Below are positions 1-13,705 of a stretch of 64,000 bases of DNA, one piece after another; the stretch's first letter is position 1, and each line of letters begins with the position of its first letter. Position numbers and translations under genes: made by a program. The stretch lies in the NCBI RefSeq assembly GCF_001194135.2, contig NC_068996.1, forward strand, positions 25,994,034-26,058,033, read 5' to 3'. The DNA is from Octopus bimaculoides (taxonomy: Eukaryota). Under the pieces are notes generated by a model. It did no database searches, was not told the DNA's origin, and saw only the letters and a program-made list of their open reading frames with translations.

Positions 1-50
1 CAAATATGATACAGTACATTGCACTACACAACAGAAAAAAGAGCCACTAC

Positions 51-714
51 CAGTGGTTCTCAACCAGGGTCCATATGGCCTTTGTGGGTCCATATATGAT
101 TTTGTCGTTAAGATTTATGTACAATAAATTGGTTATTTTTCTTCTACAATACACAAAATATTTTAACACTTCATTTCATACAATTCCTAAAATTTAATTC
201 TAAAAATAAAATAGGATTTTTTAAACATTGAATGGCTATGAGGGTTCACCCAGTAAAATAAGAATTAAAGGGGTCCATACAGCATTGGATTAACCATTAA
301 GCAAAATATGCACGTGCTTAGACCATCAAAGGAAGGGGGAGCACCACAAAAATGGTAAATGGTCTATAGCACAAAAGAAATCACTTTAAACATGCTAAAA
401 TAGCATTCAAAGTCGTTTATATGAATGGAAATATAATTTCGAAGCGTACATGGTGTCATAGTGAGGATTTGATCAAAGGTTTTTCAATTAAAAAAAAGTA
501 GGAGAAAACTTTTCAAATATAAATAAAATGGAAGTATAAAATTATAAACATTATTTTCCATTTTACTGTTAGTAAAATTTATTTTATGGTATATTACTGT
601 TTATATTTTGAATTACATCTCTATGGAGGCATTAAAATCTTTTAAGTGCTTAGGGCCTCAGTGGGTCTTAATCCGGCCATGGGTCCATAGGTTGAAAATG
701 GTTGAGAACCACTG
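51..714. mobile_element. hAT-type MITE (outer element)
   Basis: Perfect 15-bp TIR: CAGTGGTTCTCAACC (51-65) and GGTTGAGAACCACTG (700-714). No coding capacity. The flanking 8-mers do not match. Confidence 0.7.
280..681. mobile_element. hAT-type MITE nested in the outer MITE
   Basis: Perfect 8-bp TSD GGTCCATA (272-279, 682-689). Imperfect TIR CAGCATTGGATTA versus TAATCCGGCCATG. Confidence 0.7.
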
Positions 715-878
715 ATCTATATGGTTGACTGACCAGTTAGAAATAGCAGCCAAACATCCTGCAAATTACATGTTGCTGTATTTAGCAAGAAGAGAACTTA
801 TCATCATCTTTTCATGTCTTCTGTTTTTCCATGCTTGCATGAGTTAGAACAAGTCCTCTCTAGAGCACAGTGTCTTGC

Positions 879-1226
879 TTTTATTCTTTTATTCTTTTAC
901 TTGTTTCAGTCATTTGACTGCTGCCATACTGGAGCACTACCTTTAATTGAACAAATCGACCCCAGGACTTATTCTTTGTAAGCTTAGTACTTATTCGATC
1001 GGTTTCTTTTTCCAAACCGCAAAGTTATGGGGGCGTAAACACACCAACATTAAAAAATATATGTGATGGGCCTCTTTCAGTTACTGTCTACCATATCCCC
1101 TCACAAAGCTTTGGTCAGCCCGTGGCTATAGTAGAAGACACTTGCCCAAGGTGCCATGCAGTGGGACTGAACCTGGAACCATAGGTTGGGAAGTAAGCTT
1201 GTTACCACACAGCCGCTCCTGCACCT
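879..1226 (-). mobile_element. tRNA-derived SINE, family A (CORE-like centre), near full length
   Basis: Minus strand reads: head GGCTGTGTGGTAA (A box), GGTTCAGTCC (B box), CORE-like GGCACCTTGGGCAAGTGTCTTCTACTATAGCC, tail CAGTCAAATGACTGAAACAAGTAAAAG. Many homologues in the window. Confidence 0.85.
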
Positions 1227-1981
1227 ATATTGTATTTCTTTATTTCCTTCAGAACATTCAGCATCCCATGATCAACTTCACCACTTCTGTACGTCTTCCT
1301 CTTCCACTGGTCCATTTCTCCTTGGTCTCATCATCTGTATGCATTACAAGTATTGCATATTGATACCAATGTAGTTGTCTCTTACATACAATACTTGGTT
1401 CCTCTTATATTCAGTTTTCAGCTCATCCAGCCAAGTATGTTCACTTAATTTCTTTCCAGACATCATATATCCTCTGCATTCAGTATCCATGTTTCACAAC
1501 CATAAATAGTATTGCAGTTCATAGTCTCCTTTCACTCAGAAAGCAAATACTTCGGATGTCAGCAGAAATAATAACTCCTTGAACTTTTCCCACCCTATTC
1601 TTATCCTGGCTGATTGGTTTTCGGTACATATTTAAACATCCCAGATATCCATAAAAAAAACGGAACGATCACGTTTGGGTTATTTATGAGCATAGATCTA
1701 CTTGATTATGGTTTCTTCTTACTTTTGAAGCACTGGGTTGGAAAATGCTGGTGACTTCTTTCGTAAGCATTATGATCAGCTTCTCATGGAACTTCTATCA
1801 GAGAATACCTTCCTTTAAGCATTTCTGTGTTCTTTTACAAGACACCATCTTGTCATCTTTTAGATATAGACAAATTTACCACACCTTTTAGGGGTCTCAA
1901 AATCAAAACAAATTCTGTAAAATCATTTTGTCTACTGCATTAGCAATTCAACAATTCTATCAGTTTTTCCACTTTGAACTC

Positions 1982-2265
1982 GTTTACTCTTTTACTCTTT
2001 TACTTGTTTCAGTCATTTGACTGTGGCCATGCTGGAGCACCGCCTTTAGTCGAGCAAATCGACCTCAGGACTTATTCTTTGGAAACCTAGTACTTATTCT
2101 ATCGGTCTCTTTTGCTGAAACGCTAAGTTACGGGGACATAAACACACCAGCATCGGTTGTCAAGCGATGTTGGGGGGACAAACACAGACATACAAACACA
2201 TACACACATACATATATATATACATATATATACGATGGGCTTCTTTCAGTTTCCATCTACCAAAT
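1982..2265 (-). mobile_element. SINE family A, 3' half, cut by assembly gap
   Basis: Closely matches the 879-1100 copy and runs into N at 2266. Confidence 0.85.
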
Positions 2266-2688
2266 NNNNNNNNNNNNNNNNNNNNNNNNNNNNNNNNNNN
2301 NNNNNNNNNNNNNNNNNNNNNNNNNNNNNNNNNNNNNNNNNNNNNNNNNNNNNNNNNNNNNNNNNNNNNNNNNNNNNNNNNNNNNNNNNNNNNNNNNNNN
2401 NNNNNNNNNNNNNNNNNNNNNNNNNNNNNNNNNNNNNNNNNNNNNNNNNNNNNNNNNNNNNNNNNNNNNNNNNNNNNNNNNNNNNNNNNNNNNNNNNNNN
2501 NNNNNNNNNNNNNNNNNNNNNNNNNNNNNNNNNNNNNNNNNNNNNNNNNNNNNNNNNNNNNNNNNNNNNNNNNNNNNNNNNNNNNNNNNNNNNNNNNNNN
2601 NNNNNNNNNNNNNNNNNNNNNNNNNNNNNNNNNNNNNNNNNNNNNNNNNNNNNNNNNNNNNNNNNNNNNNNNNNNNNNNNNNNNNNNT

Positions 2689-2920
2689 ATATGTATGTGT
2701 GTTTGTGTGTCTGTGTTTGTCCCCCTAGCATTGCTTGACAACCGATGCTGGTGTGTTTATGTCCCCGTCACTTAGCGGTTCGGCATAAGAGACCGATAGA
2801 ATAAGTACTAGGCTTACAAAGAATAAGTCCCGGGGTCGATATGCTCGACTAAAGGCAGTGCTCCAGCATGGCCGCAGTCAAATGACTGAAACAAATAAAA
2901 GAGTAAAAGAGTAAAAGAGT
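2689..2920 (+). mobile_element. SINE family A, 3' half
   Basis: Reverse complement of 1982-2200. Ends in a (GAGTAAAA)n tail. Confidence 0.85.
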
Positions 2921-3548
2921 AAGTAATTTAACTTCATAAATTGGTGGGGAGACCATTTTTTATGCTTTGTTATATATTTTATTAATTATGGCATCATTGG
3001 TTACAGTTTTTCAAAAGGTCAATCACTGTCACTCATCTCAAATGCAAGAATACAGTGACCCAAAGGAAGCACCTGCACAATTTGAAGAGAGAAAATGCCA
3101 AAAGGCATTTCTTTTTTCTTTTTCAGTGCAATGATTTATAGATTATCTTTGTTATCGTGTACATTTTTGTTGTTATACATTGATGACAAGCAGGTAGGCT
3201 TGTATTATACACACATAATTAATCATGTATAGTTGCAGAAGTCAGTTACTCTAGAGGTGTTAATATCTTTTCCAAAACCATTTATATAAAATATTTATGG
3301 ATAGTTATTTTAAAACTTGCAGTTCCTCTATTGGAATTAATGTGGATTATAATCAGAGTAACCATTGGTGCATTTGATTGTTAGCAAATGTTCAAGTGAC
3401 AATCTGGTGAAGATGGGATTTTCAAGCAAAGAAAAAAACTAGCTTGTACACATTTTACAAATACAATATATCAAAGAGTGTGCATCTCTCTTATATATGT
3501 GTGTGTGTGTGTGTGTGTGTACGTACGTACATACATACATACATACAT

Positions 3549-3608
<60 letters not shown>

Positions 3609-3930
3609 CCACAGTCCAATGACTGAAACAAGTAAAAAAAAACAAAAAAGATATACACATAGTTGTGTGGTTAAAAAGTTTGTTTCCCAGCTAGTGATAA
3701 CTGGAAATGAATGACACCATCATAGAAGCAGTAAAATTCATTTTTAATCTTCTATCTAAATTGGTAACATGTCCAGCCATGGAGAAATATTACCTGGCTT
3801 AGAAACAGACGAGGATTAACAGGAAGGGCATCGGACCATAGAAAATATGATTCAACTAATTCCATGTGACCAAGAAAACATAGAAAAGTAAATGTTAAAC
3901 TGATGATGATATGTATGTATGTATATATAT

Positions 3931-4160
3931 GAAGGCAGCGAGCTGGCAGAATCGTTAGCACACCGGCCAGAATGCTTAGCGGTATTTTGGCTGCCATTAT
4001 GTTCTAAGTTCAAATTCCACTGAGGTCAACTTTGCCTTTCATCCTTTTGGGGTCAATTAAAAAAGTACCAGTTAGGCACTGGGGTTGATGTAATCGACTT
4101 AATCGCTTTGTCTGTCCTTGTTTGTCCCCTCTATGTTTAGCCTCATGTGGGCAATAAATA
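3931..4160 (+). mobile_element. tRNA-derived SINE, family M (Meta-domain-like centre, Tx1-like tail)
   Basis: Head GGCAGCGAGCTGGCAGAA, B box AGTTCAAATTCC, centre GGTCAACTTTGCCTTTCATCCTTTTGGGGTC, tail TTGTCTGTCCTTGT...GGCAATAAA. Homologous to 9951-10182. Confidence 0.8.
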
Positions 4161-4177
4161 GATATGCATGTATGTAT

Positions 4178-4214
<37 letters not shown>

Positions 4215-4269
4215 TGTGTGTGTGTGTGTGCATGCACGCATGTGTGTGTGTGTGTGTGTATATATTGTG

Positions 4270-4598
4270 CAGACCCCTTCAGTCATGTATGTCCATGGGA
4301 TTGCACCTAGAAAGTTCCCCTCTGAGGCACCAGTCAGGACAAAGTTGTTTGTGGAAGACCAGCAGTCACCTATGCATACCTGTCTCCCCTCTTCACACCC
4401 CTGATGCTATCCAAGTGAAAAGCAAAGGCTGATACAGCTTGGCACCAGTGACATCCCAACTCATTTCTACAGCTGATTGAACTAGAGCAATGTGAAATAA
4501 AGTGTCTTGCTCAAGAACACAACACACAGCCCGGTCCAGGAATTGAACTCACAACCTCATGATTTGAAGCCCAATGCTCTAACCACTGAGCCATGTGC

Positions 4599-4602
<4 letters not shown>
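4270..4602 (-). mobile_element. tRNA-derived SINE, family B
   Basis: Minus strand: TGGCTCAGTGG (A box), GAGTTCAATTCC (B box), TTCTTGAGCAAGACACTTTATTTCAC. Second copy at 57000-57270. Confidence 0.8.
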
Positions 4603-4639
<37 letters not shown>

Positions 4640-5857
4640 TATATTCATACAAATGAAGAGCTTCCATAGTTTTACTATCTACCAAACTCCACTCAAAGTA
4701 TTAGTTAACTGAAGGGCATTTATTGTAAAAGGCATTTGCCCAAGGTATAACACACTGAGATTGAACACGAGACTACATAGTTGCAAAGCAAACATCTTAA
4801 CTACACAAATATGCCAGCACATATTGAATACACTGTTTCTATACAGATAGATATATAATAAACAAATTTTTGCTGAAATATTTAGTCTATTGTAGTTTAC
4901 AAGTTCAGTGCTGCAGGGGAACTATGCTTTAAGTGGTGGAGGTTGTGGGAAGAGTCTGAGAGTCATAATGCAGAAATAAAGAAAAAAAAAACTGAAGAAT
5001 GAGAGAACTAATGATAAAACTTTGAGAGTTTGGAATGTTGGTAAAGAAACCAAATATAAAAAGAGAATCAATAAATAATATCTGGTTCAAAGAAGGGAAG
5101 AAATAAAAAAAAGTATAAAAATAAAGTTTAAAAAATTGACTCATCTCCCCCTCCACCCTCCGCATTATGACCAGAAGTGAAAATATTTCTCAAACTCTGC
5201 AGCAATAGCAGAGAGTTTCATTACAGTGAAACAGAGACAAACCAATGAGTGGGTCTCTGAGGTCACATGACCTCACTGGGAAATAACAACCATAATCTGC
5301 AAATTACACCCTACCATCCATCACTAATCATTAATCATTATTAGTCATGTCTTCTGATCATCAATAATTAGTTATTGACCCTTTTGATGAGAGGTTGTTC
5401 CAATCATGACCATCTTGACTTATTTAGACGGTACATCTAAGACTAAAATGTGTACTTAGTTTTTGAAGATAGTAAGATAGGATTTTGAAGGAGATTGAGT
5501 TACTATTTCTCATAGGTTGAATGACCACTCAGAAACATCCATGTTGAAGCAACAATGACAATGATGAATAATGGTACTGATTAAGTGGATAGTAGTGATG
5601 AGAATGAGTGCAATCCCTTGGTCATGCATGACTGAAGGGGGTCTGGGGTAATTACAATGTTTATGATTTTTTTAAATTTTATTTTATAGGATGGGCCTTA
5701 AGGAAAGGGGCTATGATCATAGTCTTCAAAGACCTGCCAAGACTGGTGAGACTGACAAAAGTGACACACTTACCATTCTTCTTTGAAGAAAAAATTCCAG
5801 ATGGAAATGTTCTTGGGAGGAATGATGTGGTGTAGTACAGTGCCTTGCATCTTTTAT

Positions 5858-6035
5858 TTTTCACTTGTTACAGTCTCTGGACTGTGACTATGCTGGGGGA
5901 ACAGCCTCGAAGGATCTTAGTTATTTTTTATTAAATCTGGTACTTATTCTATTTGGTCTCTTTAGCTGGCCCATTAAGTTATGGGAATGTGAATAAATTG
6001 ATGGCAGTTGTCAAACAGTGGTGGAGGACAAACAT

Positions 6036-6105
<70 letters not shown>

Positions 6106-6275
6106 ACAGAGAGGATTCCTCATAGTTTCTTTCTAGTAAATTCACTCAAAAGGTATTAGTTTGTCCAGAGCTATTAGTAGCAAACATTTTCCCCCAAGTG
6201 TTACAGAGTGGGGTTGAACCTGAAACCACATGGTTGAAAAGTGAGTTTCTTAACCATACAACCATGCCAGCACCT
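5858..6275 (-). mobile_element. SINE family A, degenerate, with expanded (CA)n
   Basis: Same module order as 879-1226, with an internal microsatellite at about 6040-6105. Confidence 0.7.
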
Positions 6276-6975
6276 AGACATGATACGGATGATGAAAAGA
6301 GGAAAGAGAAGTAAAAGGTGGTAGGAAACAAGCTAACTCTAAGGTGTAGAAGCCATCGTCATAGTAGTGTAAGAAGTACAAAGTAGAGACAACAGAATAA
6401 CCATGGGTCAGAGTTTTGGAGTGTGTTGATGAGTGACTTTGTATCATTCAGTTGGGTGTAGCCAATCATGATAATCATTGATTTAATGACTGAAACTTCA
6501 TGGAGCCACAGACAGTGGCTCTTTCATTCTCCTGCTCCCTGCATGGATGCGTCCTCTGTTGAAGTACTGTCTGGCCAAAGTAATTGTCTTCATTGATCAC
6601 CAATGGATGAACTTAACTTCAGCTATGATCCACTTTTGTTTTCTTATTTTATTTCTCTTCTTCTCTTGCTTGCTTGCTTGCTTGCTTCCTTCTTTACAAC
6701 AAAGAACAATAGAAAAAACAAATAGACATTGGATTGAAGGAAGGAAGTAAGAAAAGAAGTAAATAAATCTACATGCGTACCATACACACCTCATTTCAAC
6801 TTCCAATTTTCCATAGATACATGAATCAAACAGAATTCACAGAGGCAAATTTTCTATGACTGGATGCCCTTCATATTGCTAACTTCTATCGTCAGTTACC
6901 AAGTATTGAAAATGAATGACAATACTTGTATGATCACACTCGTTTGCAACTATTGCGTATCTCTCTATCTCTCTT

Positions 6976-7061
<86 letters not shown>

Positions 7062-7840
7062 NNNNNNNNNNNNNNNNNNNNNNNNNNNNNNNNNNNNNNN
7101 NNNNNNNNNNNNNNNNNNNNNNNNNNNNNNNNNNNNNNNNNNNNNNNNNNNNNNNNNNNNNNNNNNNNNNNNNNNNNNNNNNNNNNNNNNNNNNNNNNNN
7201 NNNNNNNNNNNNNNNNNNNNNNNNNNNNNNNNNNNNNNNNNNNNNNNNNNNNNNNNNNNNNNNNNNNNNNNNNNNNNNNNNNNNNNNNNNNNNNNNNNNN
7301 NNNNNNNNNNNNNNNNNNNNNNNNNNNNNNNNNNNNNNNNNNNNNNNNNNNNNNNNNNNNNNNNNNNNNNNNNNNNNNNNNNNNNNNNNNNNNNNNNNNN
7401 NNNNNNNNNNNNNNNNNNNNNNNNNNNNNNNNNNNNNNNNNNNNNNNNNNNNNNNNNNNNNNNNNNNNNNNNNNNNNNNNNNNNNNNNNNNNNNNNNNNN
7501 NNNNNNNNNNNNNNNNNNNNNNNNNNNNNNNNNNNNNNNNNNNNNNNNNNNNNNNNNNNNNNNNNNNNNNNNNNNNNNNNNNNNNNNNNNNNNNNNNNNN
7601 NNNNNNNNNNNNNNNNNNNNNNNNNNNNNNNNNNNNNNNNNNNNNNNNNNNNNNNNNNNNNNNNNNNNNNNNNNNNNNNNNNNNNNNNNNNNNNNNNNNN
7701 NNNNNNNNNNNNNNNNNNNNNNNNNNNNNNNNNNNNNNNNNNNNNNNNNNNNNNNNNNNNNNNNNNNNNNNNNNNNNNNNNNNNNNNNNNNNNNNNNNNN
7801 NNNNNNNNNNNNNNNNNNNNNNNNNNNNNNNNNNNNNNNN

Positions 7841-7878
<38 letters not shown>

Positions 7879-8735
7879 ATACATATATCAATCCATTATA
7901 TATACATATGTATATGCATAATGCTTATATGTATGTACATGTACATGCCTGCATGTCACTTATACAACTGATGATAAATGGGAATGGATAGATGGAATGT
8001 GGTGGATGGGCAGAAGCATTAGAACCTCAGACAAAAATATTTTGCAGCATTTAGTTACAACTCTTTCTGAAAAGTTGACTTCAGTAGAGTTTGAACTCAG
8101 GTTATAATCAGTAAATTGAAGTACTAGTAAAATATTCCAATAGGTATAATTGAGTATTTCCCTTCTTCCAAGAAATTTCTTGCCTCGTGTCAGCAAAATA
8201 TCATTTTATTTTATATATATATTATCAATACCACATACTTTGTGTTTTACTTATATGCTCCTTAGCCGTGAGATAGCTCTGAGGGAATTGGCACCTTTAA
8301 GGTGCCAAGTATTAAAAAACACTGAATACTTCAAACTAGGTGAGACAGCTTGCTTTGTAAATGATTGAGATTGGTGAATATTGATATTTCACTGTATTTT
8401 GCAGCTCTTCAGCACTATGTACTTGAGCCACTTTGGAACAAATTACGATCTCTGGTTTGTGGCATATATGCAAATAGTGTAGAATCTATTTGCTGATATG
8501 TGATATCACTGCACAGGGAAAAGAAAATTATATTATGAATTATAAGTGGCTCTAATGTTTTTCAACACTCATTGCCTTAGAGATATTTCCCTGGGCTCTA
8601 TCCCATGGCTAAGGAGTGTATAAGCAAAACACATTCAGTAAATATGTAGCATTAATGTTTGCATTATTAGAAATGCTTAAAATTCATAATACAAACATAT
8701 ATTCATAATTCATAATACAAACATATATATATGTT

Positions 8736-8766
<31 letters not shown>

Positions 8767-9950
8767 CTATATATATATAAGAATTTAAGGATTGGAGAAA
8801 ACGCATGTTATAATGCAATTATAACNNNNNNNNNNNNNNNNNNNNNNNNNNNNNNNNNNNNNNNNNNNNNNNNNNNNNNNNNNNNNNNNNNNNNNNNNNN
8901 NNNNNNNNNNNNNNNNNNNNNNNNNNNNNNNNNNNNNNNNNNNNNNNNNNNNNNNNNNNNNNNNNNNNNNNNNNNNNNNNNNNNNNNNNNNNNNNNNNNN
9001 NNNNNNNNNNNNNNNNNNNNNNNNNNNNNNNNNNNNNNNNNNNNNNNNNNNNNNNNNNNNNNNNNNNNNNNNNNNNNNNNNNNNNNNNNNNNNNNNNNNN
9101 NNNNNNNNNNNNNNNNNNNNNNNNNNNNNNNNNNNNNNNNNNNNNNNNNNNNNNNNNNNNNNNNNNNNNNNNNNNNNNNNNNNNNNNNNNNNNNNNNNNN
9201 NNNNNNNNNNNNNNNNNNNNNNNNNNNNNNNNNNNNNNNNNNNNNNNNNNNNNNNNNNNNNNNNNNNNNNNNNNNNNNNNNNNNNNNNNNNNNNNNNNNN
9301 NNNNNNNNNNNNNNNNNNNNNNNNNNNNNNNNNNNNNNNNNNNNNNNNNNNNNNNNNNNNNNNNNNNNNNNNNNNNNNNNNNNNTATATATACACACGTA
9401 ATTTAATATAATAATATATCTATACACACATATACATACATACATACATACATACATAAATACATACATACATACATACATAAATACATACATACATACA
9501 TACATACATACATACATACATACATACATACATACATAGAACCCCAATTCAGAAGATGCAATAACTAAAGGCATTCCAGCTATGGTCATCCCATCATTTT
9601 GTATACCTAAGACCATGTTGTGCAATGTGTCCTCTGTTTTTTTTTTTTAAGATGGAGTATTAATTGGAGGGAAAAGGGGAGATTTTGCTGCTCTTACCAT
9701 CCGATTGAGGCTCCTGTTTTGATTTGTACAAGATAGCTGTTGCAACATGGAGAGGGGTGGGGTATTGTTCATGGTCAGATTAACAAAATCTGGGAACCAA
9801 ATTTGTTCCTTTGACCTCTGCTTCATCAAAAAAATCTGCATTTCATTTCCAAGACATCTTTTCACAAAATTTGTTCCTTTGACTCTTACTTCATGAAAAA
9901 AAATTTCCATTTCATTTTGAAGACATAAATATATATGTGTGTCATATTTA

Positions 9951-10182
9951 TGGCGGCGAGCTGGCAGAAACATTAGCGAGCCGGGCGAGATGCTTAGCAG
10001 TATTTCGTCTGCCATTATGTTCTGAGTTCAAAATCCGCCGAGGTCGACTTTGCCTTTCATCCTTTCAGGGTCGATAAATAAAGTACCAGTTACGCACTGG
10101 GGTCGATGTAATCGACTTAATCCCTTTGTCTGTCCTTGTCTGTCTCCTCTATGTTTAGCCCCTTGTAGGCAATAAAGAAATA
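9951..10182 (+). mobile_element. SINE family M, full length
   Basis: Head GGCGGCGAGCTGGCAGAAAC, B box GAGTTCAAAATCC, Meta-like GAGGTCGACTTTGCCTTTCATCCTTTCAGGGTCGATAAA, tail ending AATAAAGAAATA. Retains many CpGs, so relatively young. Confidence 0.85.
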
Positions 10183-11649
10183 TACATGTGTGTCTGTGGG
10201 AAAAATAATACTAACAAAACTTGATATGAATATCAGGTTTTATTTGAGTAAATGCGTGTGGAAATATGTGTTGAGAGTTCCTGATACTTGGAAAGTTCAT
10301 TTAAATTGTTTTGTTTAATTACAATTTAAATATTTTTAAAGAGGTAACAAATGCTTACCACCAACACCACCCTTACAACCACGACACTGCCTGCACCATT
10401 GCAACCTTCACGGCTGTTCCTGCTACCATCATGAACAGCAACAACATAACTACAATTAAACCCATGAATTTTTAGAACATAGAATGTGTTACTGCATTTG
10501 TTCTATCCTGATTCTCAACAGATTCACTGCTTTTGTTCTGACTTTGAATTCTACTGAGGCTAGCTTCACCTTTCATCCTTTCAGGGTTAAAACAAGCAAC
10601 AATTCAAGAACATCAGATTGGTTACCTTGTAGTATTTATTCCAACTCAGTGCATTCTTAGTTTAAATCTCGCCATGACATAGATGGTAGACATGACTTGT
10701 CATCTGTTTTAACATCATCATTTACCACCTTTGATGCCTCTAGCAGAGCTCACTTTACTGCTTGCATTTGTGCCAGATTTCTGATTTGAGAATATCTTCC
10801 TCCCTCCATTCTTACCTTTTGTCTTGGTGGCCCTGTAACAGGTCATGAGCATTGCCTGCTTTTGTGAGTAAAAGATAAAAAAAAAAAAACACAATCACAT
10901 CACTGCCTCCACCACCACAAACAACAGTCACCATAAATAACAACCAATAACAACAACACATGTCATGACTGCCACCACCACAACCAGTACACCTACCAAC
11001 ACCACAAGCTCACTACCAATGACCCATACTCTTAAAAGCAAGCAAAACAATGCACCTGATGCCTAATTTATTTAATAGTTGTACAGATAGATGATGCTTG
11101 CTTAGCAGTTCTTAACCGTTCTTGTCTTTAGAATGTCTTTATTAGCATTGAAGCTTCAAGAGCCTGCCTGTGTTGTATGCTAGTTGAGTCATTTCTTAAC
11201 TCCGTTTCTAGCTTTAGTGCAAGAAATTGGGGTTTTTTCTTTTCCTTTTTTTTCTTCTTTTTTTAAAATTTTTTTTTACCAAAGCTGTAATTTTCTAACC
11301 AAATAATTTGCGCATTAAAACTGTCTTTCTGTGGCATGAATTCCTACCTTAGAATTACTGGACCACCTCACAAATTTATTCTGTTACCAGCTAACTTTCT
11401 TTATGGTGATAGTAGTGATACCCAGGACTGTTTCTTTTTATCTGTCTTGTTTATCTATTTATTTATTTGTTTATTCTCATTTATTGTTATGTCTTCTTGA
11501 TTTATTAAATTTTTATTCAATTTTTCTTTCTGTTTTTGTTTTTTGTTTTTTTTTGTACAGAACCCAACATAGAACAAACAAGTCTTGATTTTTCCACTTC
11601 TTGATTTAAATGCTGTGAAATTATCAATAAAAAGAGACTAATTTACTTT

Positions 11650-11714
11650 AATAAAAAGAAAAGAAAAGAAAAGAGGGGAAGGGAAGGCAAGAGAAAGAAG
11701 GGTGGGTGGATGGG

Positions 11715-11755
<41 letters not shown>

Positions 11756-12030
11756 GAGAGAGAGAAAGAGGAAGGAGCTGGGGAGAGAGAGCAAAAGAGA
11801 GATAGAAAGAGGGGAGAGAATTGGGTAGAGGAAGGGGGTCTGGAGGGAGAGAGAGAGGGAGAGAAGGGAGAGCAAAAGGGAGAGAAAGAGAAAGGTAAGA
11901 GGAGTGACAAGGCGGGAAGTGATAGGGAAGGGTAGTGATAGGGAGGAGAGGGAGGAGAATGTGGAGAGGGAGAGTGAGGGGAGGAAGAGGAAGAGAGAAA
12001 ACACAGATAGGAGAGAGAGTGTGGGAGGGA
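11650..12030 (+). repeat. Polypurine (GA/GGA) low-complexity tract
   Basis: About 380 bp that are nearly all A/G on the plus strand, including a (GA)n run. Confidence 0.9.
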
Positions 12031-12698
12031 GTAAATTGTCCACCCCATTTAGGATTCTAATTACTTGCCAATGTTGGTAGTATTGGGATAAAGTTGGCAA
12101 CACTTCACAAAATACTTTTATTTACCAGGTTATTTTTTTTTCCCTTCCTCTTCCTCTTCTTAACCTTTCTCTGTCCTGACTCATTCCAAGTCTTGCTAGT
12201 TTGAAAGAAACAAAAGCAGCTTGGAAACTTTTTGTTTTTCTCTTTTACTTGATTTTTGTTCCTTCCTTTTGTTCTCTTTCAAATTATTTTTCTATTTTCG
12301 TGTTTCTCACTTCTTAACTAACAGCTTATTGACTTATCTCTGCAAAGTGTGATCCTCACAAATGACCTTAATGTTAGTTAGCAGTAGCAATACTAGTAGC
12401 ATTAGTACCAACAGCAGTAGCAAAAATCAGAGCCAGTGAAGTAGCTGTAATGTTCTTATACTAAACAACTAGAAGGGAGAAAATATACCCAGAGACATGA
12501 TTTACATGAAAACAAAATGGTAAAGTCAGTGCTAATATATAATATGAAGTGAGTTAAAGAAAAAAAAAAAACATTTGAAATTGCATTAGTGGTGAAAAGG
12601 AGAAATGTATCATTATCTTAGTTCTTGTCAAGAAATGTAAGGGAGAAAATCCAAGAATTTAATTGAAATTAGATAAATAAATATGTGTGCGTGTGCTG

Positions 12699-12970
12699 GT
12701 CCAAAAAGAAAGGCACCTGTACTGGTCCATGTAGAAAGGCACCTGTACCAGTCCACATTGAAAGGCACCCATACCTGTCCACATTGGAAGGCATCTGTAC
12801 CGATCCACTTAGAAAGGCATCCGTGCTGGACCAGGTAAAAGGCACCCCTGCTGGACCACGTAAGAAAGCATCCCTACTAGTCCACGTAAGAAAACACCCC
12901 TGCCAGTCCACGTAAGAAAGCACCCATGACAGACCACGTAAGAAAGCACCTACACCAGTCCACATAAAGA
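12699..12970. repeat. About 26-bp minisatellite, roughly 10 units
   Basis: Units such as GTCCACATTGAAAGGCACCCATACCT and GTCCACGTAAGAAAGCACCCATGACA. Confidence 0.9.
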
Positions 12971-13661
12971 TGTGGATGTACCACAACCATATATAACTTT
13001 AATGTTTTAGTATTCAGATTACTTAGTGTGAGAAAATGCTTGATCAACACAAATCAAAGTGAATAAATAAGCATTACATTTGACAGAGTCACAGCTCTGA
13101 GGTTTCAATGGTGTGATTGTTTATTTTTAGAATCATATTTTAGAATCATATTGAAGATAGGTGTGAAAAGCTGGATAAGGCCAGTCAGAAAATAAAACAG
13201 GTACAATATTTGGACTGGATATGGCTGGTCTAGATGCTAATGGATTAAATAGATAACTGGTGAGCAACTGGCAAAGGTCTTACTGAGTAATGCTAAGACA
13301 TTTTTTGGTCTTTTTGAGGAATCTTTTTTACAAATGTGGTTTGGCCACTGTTGATTACTGCTGACAATAATGCTTAAGTCATGTCCACTAACAGATATTT
13401 TAAGGTTGGTGTTGTGCAGGAATTAGGTAAATTCCAGGTTTTTACTTGTCTGCAGCCACCTTGAATTGCCTGTTAGTATTCCATTCCTACAGTGTATTTA
13501 GGTCAGATTGCAAGAAAAATCTACAGCATATACAGCCCAGTCTTTTAAACTCAAGCTTAATTTTGTTCGTGTATTTTATCACACTAACATGCTTCTAGTT
13601 AACATCTATTTCACTAATATATACAACAAACAAAACACACACGCACATACACACACGCACG

Positions 13662-13705
<44 letters not shown>

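Noticed and set aside
1982-2920. Large inverted SINE pair centred on a gap
   Set aside because: The centre is 422 N. It could be two real copies or a scaffolding artefact in a high-copy repeat, so it cannot be claimed as a hairpin.
4540-4602. tRNA-like sequence with A and B boxes (also other SINE heads)
   Set aside because: There is no complete cloverleaf, and it continues directly into a SINE body, so it is a SINE head and not a tRNA gene.
5690-5745. 56-bp candidate plus-strand exon (TTTTATAG| ... |GTGAGA)
   Set aside because: Two frames are open but there is no recognisable homology, and such signals arise by chance in 64 kb of AT-rich DNA. It needs RNA-seq.
2157-9625. Long ORFs of 160-375 aa in the track spanning N runs (also at 25664-26073, 32669-33477, 47961-48352, 59282-59516)
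   Set aside because: They are open only because N codons and microsatellites contain no stops.
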